DNA from: Bordetella sp.
GTDB taxonomy: Bacteria > Pseudomonadota > Gammaproteobacteria > Burkholderiales > Burkholderiaceae_B
Reading direction: 5' to 3'
DNA length: 16,000 nucleotides
NCBI RefSeq assembly: GCF_051960075.1
Contig: NZ_JBQCER010000090.1
Coordinates: forward strand, 1,653-17,652
The translations under genes were made by a program, and so were the position numbers. Positions 1-8,469 of the stretch are shown one piece after another. Each line of letters opens with the position of its first letter. Within the stretch, counting starts at the first letter, position 1. The notes below the pieces were generated by a model. It was not told the DNA's origin. It saw nothing but the letters and a program-made list of their open reading frames with translations, and searched no databases.

Positions 1-489
1 GACGCCGTCAGCGCATTCGCGCATCATGCCGGCCAGGCGCGCGCCCTCCCGGGAGCGTGCTTCCTGCATCTGGTCCAGGGCCTGTTTGGCCGCCTGCATG
101 CAGGCGGCGCTCCAGGCCTGGGGATCGAGCGCGTCGTTGCCGCGCTGCCCGGGCCAGTTGTAGAGCTCGACCAGGCGCGGAGCGGTCACGTCGGGCATGG
201 CCTGCCGCGCGACGTTGAGCTGCTCGGCAAGGCGATCGAGCCAGGCGGAATCGAGCGAGGGCAGCTCGGTGCCGGCATGGCGCGTGTAGGACACGCGCAC
301 CTCGACCTTGCCGCGTTCAAGGCTGGCGGTAAGCAGTTCGCGCAGCGGCGTCTCGATGTGGCGCAATTCATCGGGCAGGCGAAAGTACAGGTCCAGATAA
401 CGGCTGTTCACGCTGCGCAATTCCAGCGCAATCGAGCCCGAGTCGAGGTCGGATCGGGCGTTGCCGAAAGCAGTCATGCTGCGGATCAT
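1..489 (-). CDS. yicC: YicC-family protein, N-terminal 163 codons (3' end lies left of the window)
   Basis: Absent from the ORF track because its stop is outside the window. The reverse complement of 489..1 translates without stops to MIRSMTAFGNARSDLDSGSIALELRSVNSRYLDLYFRLPDELRHIETPLRELL... This matches the conserved N-terminus of the YicC family (E. coli YicC begins MIRSMTAY..., RSVNxRYL block). It is divergent from rph, as in E. coli. Confidence 0.85.
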   Translation of the reverse strand, partial: MIRSMTAFGNARSDLDSGSIALELRSVNSRYLDLYFRLPDELRHIETPLRELLTASLERGKVEVRVSYTRHAGTELPSLDSAWLDRLAEQLNVARQAMPDVTAPRLVELYNWPGQRGNDALDPQAWSAACMQAAKQALDQMQEARSREGARLAGMMRECADGV

Positions 490-603
490 GTAGGGCGTCC
501 TGAGAGAGTGTGTCCGGTCGAGGATACCACCTGAGCCTTTTGTGCCGCCGGGTCGCACCGGGGCGAAACGCTCGCGTGGGGCCCTTACAATCCAGGCTGT
601 ACG

Positions 604-1365
604 ATGCCTTTGCATCTCAACCTTTCAGGAACCCCAGTGACGACCACGATTTCCCGCCCTTCGGGCCGCCAGGCCGACGAACTGCGTTCTTTCTCCCTGG
701 AGCGCGGCTATACCCGCTACGCCGAAGGTTCGGTGCTGGTCAAGGCAGGCCATACCCATGTGCTTTGCACCGCCAGCGTGCTCGACAAGGTGCCGCCCTT
801 TCTGAAAGGCCAGGGGCAGGGCTGGGTCACGGCCGAGTACGGCATGTTGCCGCGCGCGACACATACTCGCGGCGACCGCGAAGCGGCCAAAGGCAAGCAG
901 AGCGGCCGCACTCAGGAGATTCAGCGCCTGATCGGCCGCAGTCTGCGCGCCGTCATCGATCTGAAAGCGTTGGGAGAACGCACCTTGCACCTGGACTGCG
1001 ACGTGCTGCAGGCCGACGGCGGTACGCGCTGCGCCAGCATCACCGGCGCATGGGTGGCCGCGTCCGACGCGGTGGCGCTGCTGATGAAGCGGGGCGATCT
1101 GCAGGCCAGTCCCTTGCGCGACCATGTCGCGGCCGTCTCGGTCGGCCTGGTCGAAGGCCAGCCCGTGCTGGATCTGGACTATCAGGAAGATTCGGCCTGC
1201 CAGGCCGACGTCAATGTGGTCATGACCGGCAGCGGCGCCTTCGTGGAAGTGCAGGGCACCGGCGAGGAAGCCACTTTCACGCGTGCCCAGCTCGATGCCA
1301 TGCTGAGCCTGGCCGAGATCGGCACCGCGCGGCTGGTGGCCGCGCAGAGGGCCGCGCTGACCTGA
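604..1365 (+). CDS. rph: Ribonuclease PH (tRNA nucleotidyltransferase)
   Basis: 253-aa ORF with long near-identical blocks to E. coli RNase PH: [69 protein letters not shown]. Start is uncertain. The in-frame GTG at 637 is preceded by AGGA (627-630) and would give an N-terminus closer in length to E. coli. Confidence 0.95.
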   Translation: MPLHLNLSGTPVTTTISRPSGRQADELRSFSLERGYTRYAEGSVLVKAGHTHVLCTASVLDKVPPFLKGQGQGWVTAEYGMLPRATHTRGDREAAKGKQSGRTQEIQRLIGRSLRAVIDLKALGERTLHLDCDVLQADGGTRCASITGAWVAASDAVALLMKRGDLQASPLRDHVAAVSVGLVEGQPVLDLDYQEDSACQADVNVVMTGSGAFVEVQGTGEEATFTRAQLDAMLSLAEIGTARLVAAQRAALT

Positions 1366-1477
1366 CGTGACGGGGCGATCACGCGCAGTGTCAAAAAACT
1401 GCCAAGCTTGATTTCTACAATTCCTGGCGTTGACACGGCCGCGTAACGCGGATCCTCTCTTTGCCGGGTAGTAGAAA

Positions 1478-3184
1478 ATGCACAAAGCTCTAAAGGTAAG
1501 CACGACACTGTCGCTCGCGTTGCTGGTGTTCGTCGTCTGTTTTGCAATGGCCGCTGCGGCAGCGATCTTCATCCTGCATGGCGACAGGCAAACCATCGAA
1601 CTCCTGGGCAAAGCCAATATCGAGCGCGCCAACGACCTGAGCGATCTGAGCAGCCGCCTGTTCCTTGCGCGTGCCGATCTGGCCGACGCCAAAATATATA
1701 TGGAAAGCGGCCTGCAGGAACCGCGCGACGCCGCGCTCAAGCACGCCGACGCTTTGCTCGCCGGAGCCCGCGAAAGCAGCAAGCGTCTGATCGAAAATGC
1801 CGATAACGATCCGCAGGGCCACGCGCTGTTCGAGCGCGTCATGGCGAGCGCAAAAATTCTGAACGAACAGGTTTTGACCCCATTGCACAAGGCCGTCGGC
1901 GGCTGGAACGGCGTGGTGGCCAACCGCATCGTAAGCCAGCAATTGGTCGGCGGCATCCAGCATTACGTCGATGCCGTCAGCGCCTATCAGGCCTATGCCC
2001 GCGCGCAGGGCCTCGATGCCGTGGCCCGGAGCAGCCGCGCGCAGTCGCACGCGATGGCTGCCGCCCTGGGTGCGTTGGTGCTGATCGCCTTGCTGGCCGT
2101 GGTCATCCGTGTCACCTTCCATCGGTCGATACTCAGGCCGCTGAACGAAGCCGGCCAGCATTTCGACCGTATTGCCGACGGCGACCTGACGGGCGCGCTG
2201 GCCCAGCGCAGCAAGAACGAGGTCGGTGTGCTCTATGCGGCCATGGCGCGCATGCAAGCCGGCCTGAGCCAGGCGGTCGCCGCGGTACGCCACGGCGTCG
2301 AGGGCATACACGCCGGCACCGTCGATATTGCCGAAGCCGGCAACGATGTGTCGGCACGCAGCGGCCGGCAGGCGGGCGCCTTGCAGGAATCTTGCGCAAG
2401 CCTGGCGCTATTGGCCGACACGGTCACGAGCAATGCGCAAGAAGCCGGCAAGGCCAGCCACCAGATGCAGGAGGTCGCCGCCCTGGCGCGCCAGGGCGGC
2501 CAAGCCGTCGAGGCTGCCGTAACCAGCATGCAGGACATCGCCATCGCGTCGAACCGAATCGCCGAAATCGTCGCAGTTGTCGACGGCATCGCGTTCCAGA
2601 CCAATCTGCTGGCCTTGAACGCCGCGGTCGAGGCCGCTCGCGCCGGCCCTCAGGGCAAAGGCTTCGCCGTCGTGGCGGGCGAGGTGCGGACGCTGGCGCA
2701 GCGCAGCGCCCAGGCCGCCCAGGAAATCAAGAAACTCATCAGCGACGCCAGGGAACGCGTCGACGCGGGCGTGCGCGAAGTCGGCCGGGCCGGTTCGACT
2801 ATCGGCCGCGTCGTCCAGTCGGTCGACGGGATCACGCATATCATGTCGCAGATTTCTCAGGCCAGCCTGCACCAGGCTGACGACCTGGCCACGATCAACC
2901 GAACCGTGGAAGCGCTGGGACGCAGCACGCAGGAAGACTCGGTCATGGTGGAGCGTACGGCCAGCCAGGCCGAAGAGCTGGCTGGCCTGGCCCAGAGTCT
3001 GCGCAACGCCGTGGCAGCGTTCAAACTCGAAGAGAGCCACGCCAGCGAGCCCGAGCGTCTATCGGCGTCGCCGCGCGGCGCCTACCTGGCGTTGGCAGCG
3101 GGCGCGGAATCGTCCACCAGCAACGAGGCGCGCTCGTTCTTGACGCGCCGCTTCAGTTCGGCGACGGCGGCCGCGACATCCTGA
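1478..3184 (+). CDS. Methyl-accepting chemotaxis protein (Tar-like four-helix-bundle sensor, HAMP, MCP signalling domain)
   Basis: 568-aa ORF with these parts:
- N-terminal TM helix ([23 protein letters not shown]).
- Helical periplasmic domain of about 170 aa.
- Second TM helix ([19 protein letters not shown]).
- HAMP ([20 protein letters not shown]).
- Invariant MCP hairpin-tip signature [41 protein letters not shown].
There is no NWETF-type C-terminal pentapeptide. The last 34 codons overlap the convergent gene. Confidence 0.9.
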   Translation: MHKALKVSTTLSLALLVFVVCFAMAAAAAIFILHGDRQTIELLGKANIERANDLSDLSSRLFLARADLADAKIYMESGLQEPRDAALKHADALLAGARESSKRLIENADNDPQGHALFERVMASAKILNEQVLTPLHKAVGGWNGVVANRIVSQQLVGGIQHYVDAVSAYQAYARAQGLDAVARSSRAQSHAMAAALGALVLIALLAVVIRVTFHRSILRPLNEAGQHFDRIADGDLTGALAQRSKNEVGVLYAAMARMQAGLSQAVAAVRHGVEGIHAGTVDIAEAGNDVSARSGRQAGALQESCASLALLADTVTSNAQEAGKASHQMQEVAALARQGGQAVEAAVTSMQDIAIASNRIAEIVAVVDGIAFQTNLLALNAAVEAARAGPQGKGFAVVAGEVRTLAQRSAQAAQEIKKLISDARERVDAGVREVGRAGSTIGRVVQSVDGITHIMSQISQASLHQADDLATINRTVEALGRSTQEDSVMVERTASQAEELAGLAQSLRNAVAAFKLEESHASEPERLSASPRGAYLALAAGAESSTSNEARSFLTRRFSSATAAATS

Positions 3185-4947
3185 GGTTCGGCGCCCTCGC
3201 ACTGCCTCGGCTGCACCACGAGGGCCGCCGCGCCCAGCGTGACGAAAGGGAAGAAGCGCGGTACGCCGTAACGGTCCTGCAATTCGATTCCGCCCTGGCC
3301 GCGATCGTGCTCATCGTAGAGGTCAATGGCGCGCTGGTTGAATTCCGCGATCAAGCGTTCGAGACGGGCACGCCAGTCGTCGCTGCGCATCAGCATGACG
3401 AAATCGTCGCCGCCTACATGGCCGACGAAATCCTGCTGCACATCGCAATGCCGCTTGATGATTTCGGCGCAAAGCTGAATGACTTCATCGCCGCGCCAGT
3501 AGCCGTACATGTCGTTGAAGGATTTGAAGTGATTCAAGTCGCCATAGCAGGCGATGAAGCACTCGGAGCCGGACATGAGCTGCTGCATCTGGCGCTTGAT
3601 GGGTATATTGCCGGGCAGTGCGGTCAGCGGGTTGGCGTAGCGCGCGGTCTCCAGGCGCAGCTCGGTCACCGCGCGCACCAGGGATTCGCCCGTGCCCAGG
3701 CCGGCATAGCGGCCTTCCCGGGTGATGATGAACCCGTCGCGCAGATAGCGCTGGTCCTCCGACGCGAGCACCGGGGCCAGTCTGTCGATGGGCGTACCCG
3801 CGTCGAGCATGACGGGACGGGAACTCATGAACGTCGTGCAGGGATCGCGGCCGAAAAGATCGCGGGTATAGCGCATGGCGTATTTTTCGGAAAACGTGTG
3901 CCGATTGATGAGGCCGACGGGACGCCGGTCCTGATCCAGCACGGCGACCGAATGCAGCTCGGGAAAATCCTGGAACATCCTGTCGATGTCGTCATTGGTG
4001 TGATGTTCCGGCTGCACGGACACGGCTTCGATGAGCAGTGTCTCGACCGTGCCGCTCTCGGCCAGTACACGCCGCGAGCGATCCACCCGCAGGAGCGCCA
4101 GGACCGGTTCAGGCAGTTCGATCTGCGGCTGCGGCTCGACCAGACCCAGTTGCCAGCCCTGGGCATAACGCATGCCCAGGTCGCGCACGGTGGCCAGGTC
4201 CGCGGCCGTCTCGATTCCCTCGGCCAGCAACGGCGTTCCCAGGGCCTGGGCGACCGACATGAGCGCCCTCATCAATTGCTGGCCCGAGACGCTGCTGCTG
4301 ATGCCATGCAGAAAGTGCCGATCGATCTTGACCAGGTCCGGCTGCAGATTTACCCAGAGCTGCAAATTGGCGTTGCCTGTGCCGTAATCGTCCAGCGCCA
4401 GACCCACACCATGCTCGCGCAGGCATAGACGGGCCTGCAGCAGGCTGTCCATGTCGTTGCCCGCCGAGTCCTCCTCGGTCAGTTCAATGATCAGCGCGTC
4501 GGGCGGCATGCCGCTGTCCTCGAGCAGATGGCGGGCAAGCCCGGCGCCCCAGCGCCTCCAGCAGGTCAGCATCGTGTTGATCGACAGATTGAGCAGGAGC
4601 TTGCCGTGCACGCCGCTTTGCACGAATCCGCGCAGGCTGGCGCGTGCGCAAGCCAGTTCCAGTTCTACCAGGCGTCCCAGCTTGCGCGCCGTGCCGAACA
4701 GCGCCGCAGGCATATGCAATGGACTGTTGCCGGGGCCGCGAATGAGGCTTTCATAGCCCAGGATGCTGCCGTGGAACAGATCAGCGATGAGCTGATAATG
4801 CGGTTGCAATTGTCCGTCGCGGACAATGCGTTCAAACTCGGTGGCCAGGGTAAGCGGGGCGTCGACTTCGAACATGAAGGGATTGAATCCTGTATGCAGC
4901 TGCCGATTCTCTCCCGGATATATTGCCGATTTATGGCAGATACCCAT
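3082..4947 (-). CDS. c-di-GMP signalling protein: EAL phosphodiesterase domain, CBS pair, degenerate GGDEF (GGDDF) domain
   Basis: 621-aa ORF.
- The N-terminal EAL domain has a complete catalytic motif set: [36 protein letters not shown].
- Two CBS-like repeats lie in the middle.
- The C-terminal domain has a GGDEF fold ([30 protein letters not shown]). Its signature reads GGDDF (3400-3414), and VQQD replaces the RxxD I-site.
Start is uncertain: ATG at 4947 (GGGAG directly abuts it) or ATG at 4875 (MFEVDAPL...). Confidence 0.85.
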   Translation of the reverse strand: MGICHKSAIYPGENRQLHTGFNPFMFEVDAPLTLATEFERIVRDGQLQPHYQLIADLFHGSILGYESLIRGPGNSPLHMPAALFGTARKLGRLVELELACARASLRGFVQSGVHGKLLLNLSINTMLTCWRRWGAGLARHLLEDSGMPPDALIIELTEEDSAGNDMDSLLQARLCLREHGVGLALDDYGTGNANLQLWVNLQPDLVKIDRHFLHGISSSVSGQQLMRALMSVAQALGTPLLAEGIETAADLATVRDLGMRYAQGWQLGLVEPQPQIELPEPVLALLRVDRSRRVLAESGTVETLLIEAVSVQPEHHTNDDIDRMFQDFPELHSVAVLDQDRRPVGLINRHTFSEKYAMRYTRDLFGRDPCTTFMSSRPVMLDAGTPIDRLAPVLASEDQRYLRDGFIITREGRYAGLGTGESLVRAVTELRLETARYANPLTALPGNIPIKRQMQQLMSGSECFIACYGDLNHFKSFNDMYGYWRGDEVIQLCAEIIKRHCDVQQDFVGHVGGDDFVMLMRSDDWRARLERLIAEFNQRAIDLYDEHDRGQGGIELQDRYGVPRFFPFVTLGAAALVVQPRQCEGAEPQDVAAAVAELKRRVKNERASLLVDDSAPAANAR

Positions 4948-5009
4948 CTCCCGCGGGGCTGGGCCGAGGCAAAAGCGCCCGGCCCTCGGCGCTTATACAA
5001 TCCCGGGAC

Positions 5010-5630
5010 ATGAACGCCTTCAATCCCTCCTTGCGCCAGGTCGTCCTGGCCTCCGGCAACCCAGGCAAGCTGCGCGAGTTCTCCGCCTTGTTCGCTCCCC
5101 TGGGCATCGAACTCATCCCTCAATCCCGGTTCGGCGTGAGCGAGGCCGATGAGCCGTATTGCACCTTCGTGGAAAACGCGCTGACCAAGGCTCGGCATGC
5201 CAGTCGCCATACCGGCCTGCCGGCCCTGGCCGACGACTCGGGCTTGTGCGTTGCAGCGCTGGGCGGTGCACCCGGCGTTTATTCCGCTCGCTATGCGCAG
5301 CGCCAGCAAGGCGGCGACAAGAACGATGCGGCCAACAACGCGCTGCTGGTGCGCGAACTGGCCGGCCATACCGACCGCCGCGCATGGTATGTGGCGCTGC
5401 TGGTGTTGGTGCGGGCACAGGACGACCCTCAACCGCTGATAGGCGAGGGCGTCTGGCACGGCGAGATCATCGACGCGCCGCAAGGCGATCACGGCTTCGG
5501 CTACGACCCGCACTTTTACCTGCCCGAGCAGGGCATGACCGCGGCCGCCATGCCGCCCGAGCTGAAAAACAGCGTCAGCCACCGCGCCCGCGCGCTGAAC
5601 GAACTGTTGACCAAGCTGCGCAATTTCTAG
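5010..5630 (+). CDS. rdgB: Non-canonical purine NTP pyrophosphatase (dITP/XTP pyrophosphatase, RdgB/HAM1 family)
   Basis: The ORF track begins at 4923, but the conserved N-terminus begins at ATG 5010 (MNAFNPSLRQVVLASGNPGKLREF). Family motifs are present: SGNPGKLRE, LADDSGL, GFGYDP, SHRARA. It encodes 206 aa, similar in length to E. coli RdgB. Confidence 0.9.
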   Translation: MNAFNPSLRQVVLASGNPGKLREFSALFAPLGIELIPQSRFGVSEADEPYCTFVENALTKARHASRHTGLPALADDSGLCVAALGGAPGVYSARYAQRQQGGDKNDAANNALLVRELAGHTDRRAWYVALLVLVRAQDDPQPLIGEGVWHGEIIDAPQGDHGFGYDPHFYLPEQGMTAAAMPPELKNSVSHRARALNELLTKLRNF

Positions 5631-5634
5631 GCGG

Positions 5635-6849
5635 ATGGCAGTGGCCCGAACTCTCATTCTGCAGCCCGACGGCCGCCTGACGCAGCAGCACCGCACCGCG
5701 CTCACCAGCCTGCCGCCGCTGTCGGTCTACGTCCATGTGCCCTGGTGCGTGCGCAAATGCCCATACTGCGATTTCAATTCGCACGCGGCCAGCGATATTC
5801 CCGAGCGCGCCTATCTGGACGCTCTGCGCGCCGACCTCGAACAGGCGTTGCCGTCGGTGTGGGGACGCCAGGTGATTTCCGTCTTCATCGGCGGCGGCAC
5901 CCCCAGCCTGTTGTCGGCGGCCGGCCTGGACGAACTGCTCGCCACGCTGCGCTCGCATCTGCGCCTGCTGCCCGACGCCGAGATCACCATGGAAGCCAAC
6001 CCCGGCACTGCGGAGGCCGGGCGTTTCCGCGACTATGCGGCCAGCGGCGTGACGCGCCTGTCACTGGGCATCCAGAGCTTCGACGACGCGCAATTGCAAA
6101 AGCTCGGCCGCATTCACGATGCCAGGCAGGCCAGGGCGGCGATAGGCATGGCGCAAGAGGCTGTGAGCCGCGTCAACCTGGACCTGATGTTCGCGTTGCC
6201 GGGCCAGACGCTCGACGCCTGCCTGGCCGACGTGCGCGAGGCCCTGTCCTTCGGCACCGAGCATCTGTCGCTTTATCACCTGACGATGGAGCCCAACACC
6301 GTTTTCGCCAAATATCCGCCGCAGGACCTGCCCGACGACGACACGTCGGCCGCCATGCAGGACGCCGTGGAAAGCGAGCTCGCGGCCGCCGGCCTGCAGC
6401 GCTACGAGGTCTCGGCCTACGCCAGGCCCGGCGCGCGCTGCAAGCACAATCTCAATTACTGGGAATTTGGCGACTATCTGGGCCTGGGGCCCGGTGCGCA
6501 CGGCAAGATTTCCTTCCACGACCGCATTGTGCGCGAGGCACGCGCGCGTCAGCCCGAATCCTGGATGGACCGGGCCGGGCGGGGCGACGGCAGCCACATT
6601 GCCGAGACCCGCTCGCTGGCGGCATCGGACTTGCCTTTCGAGTTCATGCTCAATGCCTTGCGATTGCGCGAAGGCGTGGCGGCCAGTCTCTTTGCCGAGC
6701 GCACTGGCCTGTCGCTGGCGGCGGTTGCGCACCAACTGGAAGCAGCCGTATCCCGCGGCCTGCTCGTTACCGATCCGACCCGTTTGCAGGCAAGCGCTCT
6801 GGGATGGCGCTTCCTGAATGACCTGCAGGAACTCTTTTTGTCGGAATAG
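5635..6849 (+). CDS. hemW: Radical-SAM heme chaperone HemW (HemN-like, formerly annotated as an oxygen-independent coproporphyrinogen III oxidase paralogue)
   Basis: 404-aa ORF with the radical-SAM CxxxCxxC motif in HVPWCVRKCPYCDFNSH, nearly identical to E. coli HemW/YggW (HIPWCVQKCPYCDFNSH). It starts 4 bp after the rdgB stop, the same rdgB-hemW linkage as in E. coli. Confidence 0.9.
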   Translation: MAVARTLILQPDGRLTQQHRTALTSLPPLSVYVHVPWCVRKCPYCDFNSHAASDIPERAYLDALRADLEQALPSVWGRQVISVFIGGGTPSLLSAAGLDELLATLRSHLRLLPDAEITMEANPGTAEAGRFRDYAASGVTRLSLGIQSFDDAQLQKLGRIHDARQARAAIGMAQEAVSRVNLDLMFALPGQTLDACLADVREALSFGTEHLSLYHLTMEPNTVFAKYPPQDLPDDDTSAAMQDAVESELAAAGLQRYEVSAYARPGARCKHNLNYWEFGDYLGLGPGAHGKISFHDRIVREARARQPESWMDRAGRGDGSHIAETRSLAASDLPFEFMLNALRLREGVAASLFAERTGLSLAAVAHQLEAAVSRGLLVTDPTRLQASALGWRFLNDLQELFLSE

Positions 6850-6850
6850 A

Positions 6851-6867
6851 TGCACTATTATGGTGCT
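6851..6867. promoter_or_regulatory. Candidate NtrC enhancer site 1 (TGCACTATTATGGTGCT)
   Basis: Matches 10 of 12 specified positions of the NtrC dyad consensus TGCACC-N5-GGTGCA. It begins 2 bp after the hemW stop codon. Its centre is about 117 bp upstream of the predicted glnA sigma54 transcription start. Confidence 0.6.
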
Positions 6868-6882
6868 CATTGCACTATAAAA

Positions 6883-6899
6883 TGCACCATGATTGAGCA
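6883..6899. promoter_or_regulatory. Candidate NtrC enhancer site 2 (TGCACCATGATTGAGCA)
   Basis: The left half-site is perfect (TGCACC) and the right half matches 4 of 6 positions. Its centre is 32 bp (three helical turns) from the site 1 centre, the spacing of the two strong NtrC sites at E. coli glnAp2. An extra TGCAC half-site lies at 6871-6875. Confidence 0.55.
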
Positions 6900-6949
6900 T
6901 ATTGCTCCGACCTTACACCCCGCCTCGGGAATACCCCGAAATTTCAGGC

Positions 6950-6965
6950 TGGCACGCATATTGCT
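6950..6965 (+). promoter_or_regulatory. Sigma54 (RpoN) -24/-12 promoter of glnA (TGGCACGCATATTGCT)
   Basis: Exact match to the sigma54 consensus TGGCACG-N4-TTGCW, with GG at 6951-6952 and GC at 6963-6964. It lies about 60 bp upstream of the glnA ATG and downstream of the NtrC-like dyads. The predicted transcription start is near 6976. Confidence 0.8.
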
Positions 6966-7023
6966 TAAGTTGTGGTCAGTCGGGCGGATATCCCCGCGAC
7001 ACCTAAATACTTCTGGAGATGAC

Positions 7024-8436
7024 ATGGCAAGCCCCAAAGATGTTCTGAAGATGATTGCTGACAACGACGTCAAATTCGTCGACTTCCGCTTTACCGACAC
7101 CATCGGTAAAGAGCAGCACGTTTCGGTTCCCGTTTCGGCCATCGACGAAGACAAGCTTGTCACCGGGCAGGCCTTCGACGGCTCGTCGATCGCCGGCTGG
7201 AAGGGCATCGAGGCTTCGGACATGATGCTCGCTCCCGACCTGGACACCGCCAACCTGGATCCGTTCCGCGAAGAGCCCACCCTCATCCTGACCTGCGATG
7301 TGATCGAGCCGTCCGACGGCAAGGGCTACGAGCGCGATCCCCGCTCCCTGGCTCGCCGCGCCGAAGCCTACTTGAAGTCCTCGGGCCTGGGCGACACCGC
7401 CTACTTCGGTCCTGAACCCGAATTCTTCGTCTTCGACAGCGTCAAGTGGGGCGAAGACATGTCGGGCTGCTTCCTCAAGGTCAACTCCGAAGAAGCGCCC
7501 TGGTCCACCGGCCTGGATTTCGAAGGCGGCAACCTGGGTCACCGTCCCAAAGTCAAGGGCGGCTATTTCCCCGTGCCCCCGGTCGATTCCTTCCAGGACC
7601 TGCGCTCGGAAATGTGCCTGGTGCTCGAAGCCATGGGCGTTCCCGTCGAAGTGCATCACCACGAAGTGGCTGCTCCCGGCCAGCTGGAGATCGGCACCAA
7701 GTTCAGCACGCTGGTCAAGCGCGCCGACTGGAACCAGGTCCTGAAGTACGTCGTCCATAACGTCGCGCACGCCTACGGCAAGACCGCCACCTTCATGCCC
7801 AAGCCCATCGTCGGCGACAACGGTTCGGGCATGCACGTGCACCAGTCCATCTGGAAAGACGGCGAGAACCTGTTCGCCGGCAACGGTTATGCCGGTCTGT
7901 CCGAGTTCGCGCTCTACTACATCGGCGGCATCATCAAGCACGCCCGCGCCCTGAACGCCATCACCAACCCGACGACCAACTCGTACAAGCGCCTGGTGCC
8001 GCACTTCGAAGCCCCGGTCAAGCTGGCCTACTCGTCGCGCAACCGCTCGGCTTCGATCCGCATCCCGCACGTGCCCAGCCCCAAGGCACGCCGCATCGAA
8101 GCCCGCTTCCCCGATCCCATGGCCAACCCCTACCTGGCTTTCTCGGCGCTGATGATGGCCGGCCTGGATGGCGTGCAGAACAAGATCCACCCGGGCGATC
8201 CCGCGACCAAGAACCTGTACGACCTGCCCCCGGAAGAAGACGCGCAAATCCCGACCGTGTGCTCGTCGCTCGACCAGGCTCTGGAAGCGCTGGACAAAGA
8301 CCGCGAGTTCCTGACCCGCGGCGGCGTGTTCACCAACAGCATGATCGATGCCTACATCGCGCTCAAGGAAGCCGATGTGCAGCGTCTGCGCACGGTGACG
8401 CATCCGATCGAGTTCGACATGTACTACAGCCTGTAA
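7024..8436 (+). CDS. glnA: Glutamine synthetase, type I
   Basis: 470-aa product starting at ATG 7024 ([11 protein letters not shown]), preceded by GGAG at 7015-7018. GS-I signatures are present: [38 protein letters not shown]. The adenylylation-site context [10 protein letters not shown] is also present. The 58-codon in-frame extension to 6850 in the ORF track covers the promoter and enhancer and is rejected. Confidence 0.97.
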   Translation: MASPKDVLKMIADNDVKFVDFRFTDTIGKEQHVSVPVSAIDEDKLVTGQAFDGSSIAGWKGIEASDMMLAPDLDTANLDPFREEPTLILTCDVIEPSDGKGYERDPRSLARRAEAYLKSSGLGDTAYFGPEPEFFVFDSVKWGEDMSGCFLKVNSEEAPWSTGLDFEGGNLGHRPKVKGGYFPVPPVDSFQDLRSEMCLVLEAMGVPVEVHHHEVAAPGQLEIGTKFSTLVKRADWNQVLKYVVHNVAHAYGKTATFMPKPIVGDNGSGMHVHQSIWKDGENLFAGNGYAGLSEFALYYIGGIIKHARALNAITNPTTNSYKRLVPHFEAPVKLAYSSRNRSASIRIPHVPSPKARRIEARFPDPMANPYLAFSALMMAGLDGVQNKIHPGDPATKNLYDLPPEEDAQIPTVCSSLDQALEALDKDREFLTRGGVFTNSMIDAYIALKEADVQRLRTVTHPIEFDMYYSL

Positions 8437-8469
8437 TACGTGTCTCGCGGCAGCACGGCTTTTTCGACT

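Noticed and set aside
1439-1470. Short hairpin CCGCG-TAA-CGCGG followed by TCCTCTCTTTG, considered as the rph terminator. TTGACA at 1430-1435 was considered as a -35 for the chemoreceptor gene.
   Set aside because: The stem is only 5 bp with a triloop, and the downstream tract is pyrimidine-rich rather than a U-run. No matching -10 follows the TTGACA at the proper spacing. Too weak to call either feature.
625-1956. 443-aa minus-strand ORF spanning rph and the start of the chemoreceptor gene. Similar long ORFs: 510-1370 (+), 4665-5705 (-), 5745-6821 (+), 6061-6900 (-), 7003-8652 (-), 9464-10981 (-), 13892-15079 (+).
   Set aside because: These are shadow or antisense ORFs typical of GC-rich DNA. 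Their translations are Arg/Ala/Gly/Pro-rich low-complexity strings with no recognisable motifs. Each lies opposite or out of frame to a gene with unmistakable family signatures (rph, rdgB, hemW, glnA, ntrC, the kinase and GT2).
4961-4990. Alternative GC-rich inverted repeats (GCCGAGG…CCTCGGC or GGGCCG…CGGCCC) in the spacer between the c-di-GMP gene and rdgB.
   Set aside because: The stems are mutually exclusive 6-7 bp pairings with 13-14 nt loops in a divergent promoter region. No copies occur elsewhere in the window, so it is not a REP-type repeat, and no function can be supported.
4923-5009. Upstream extensions of rdgB (track start 4923), ntrB (GTG 8440) and the response regulator (GTG 12229).
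   Set aside because: In each case the conserved family N-terminus begins at a downstream ATG: 5010 MNAFNPS…VLASGNPGK, 8470 MNTDAFDLL, 12250 MRVLLVEDD. The extensions run into the neighbouring gene or promoter region.
6850-7023. In-frame 58-codon N-terminal extension of glnA starting at the ATG immediately after the hemW stop ([12 protein letters not shown]…).
   Set aside because: The extension covers the NtrC dyads and the sigma54 promoter and has atypical AT-rich codons. The conserved GS N-terminus ([11 protein letters not shown]) with a GGAG ribosome-binding site starts at 7024.
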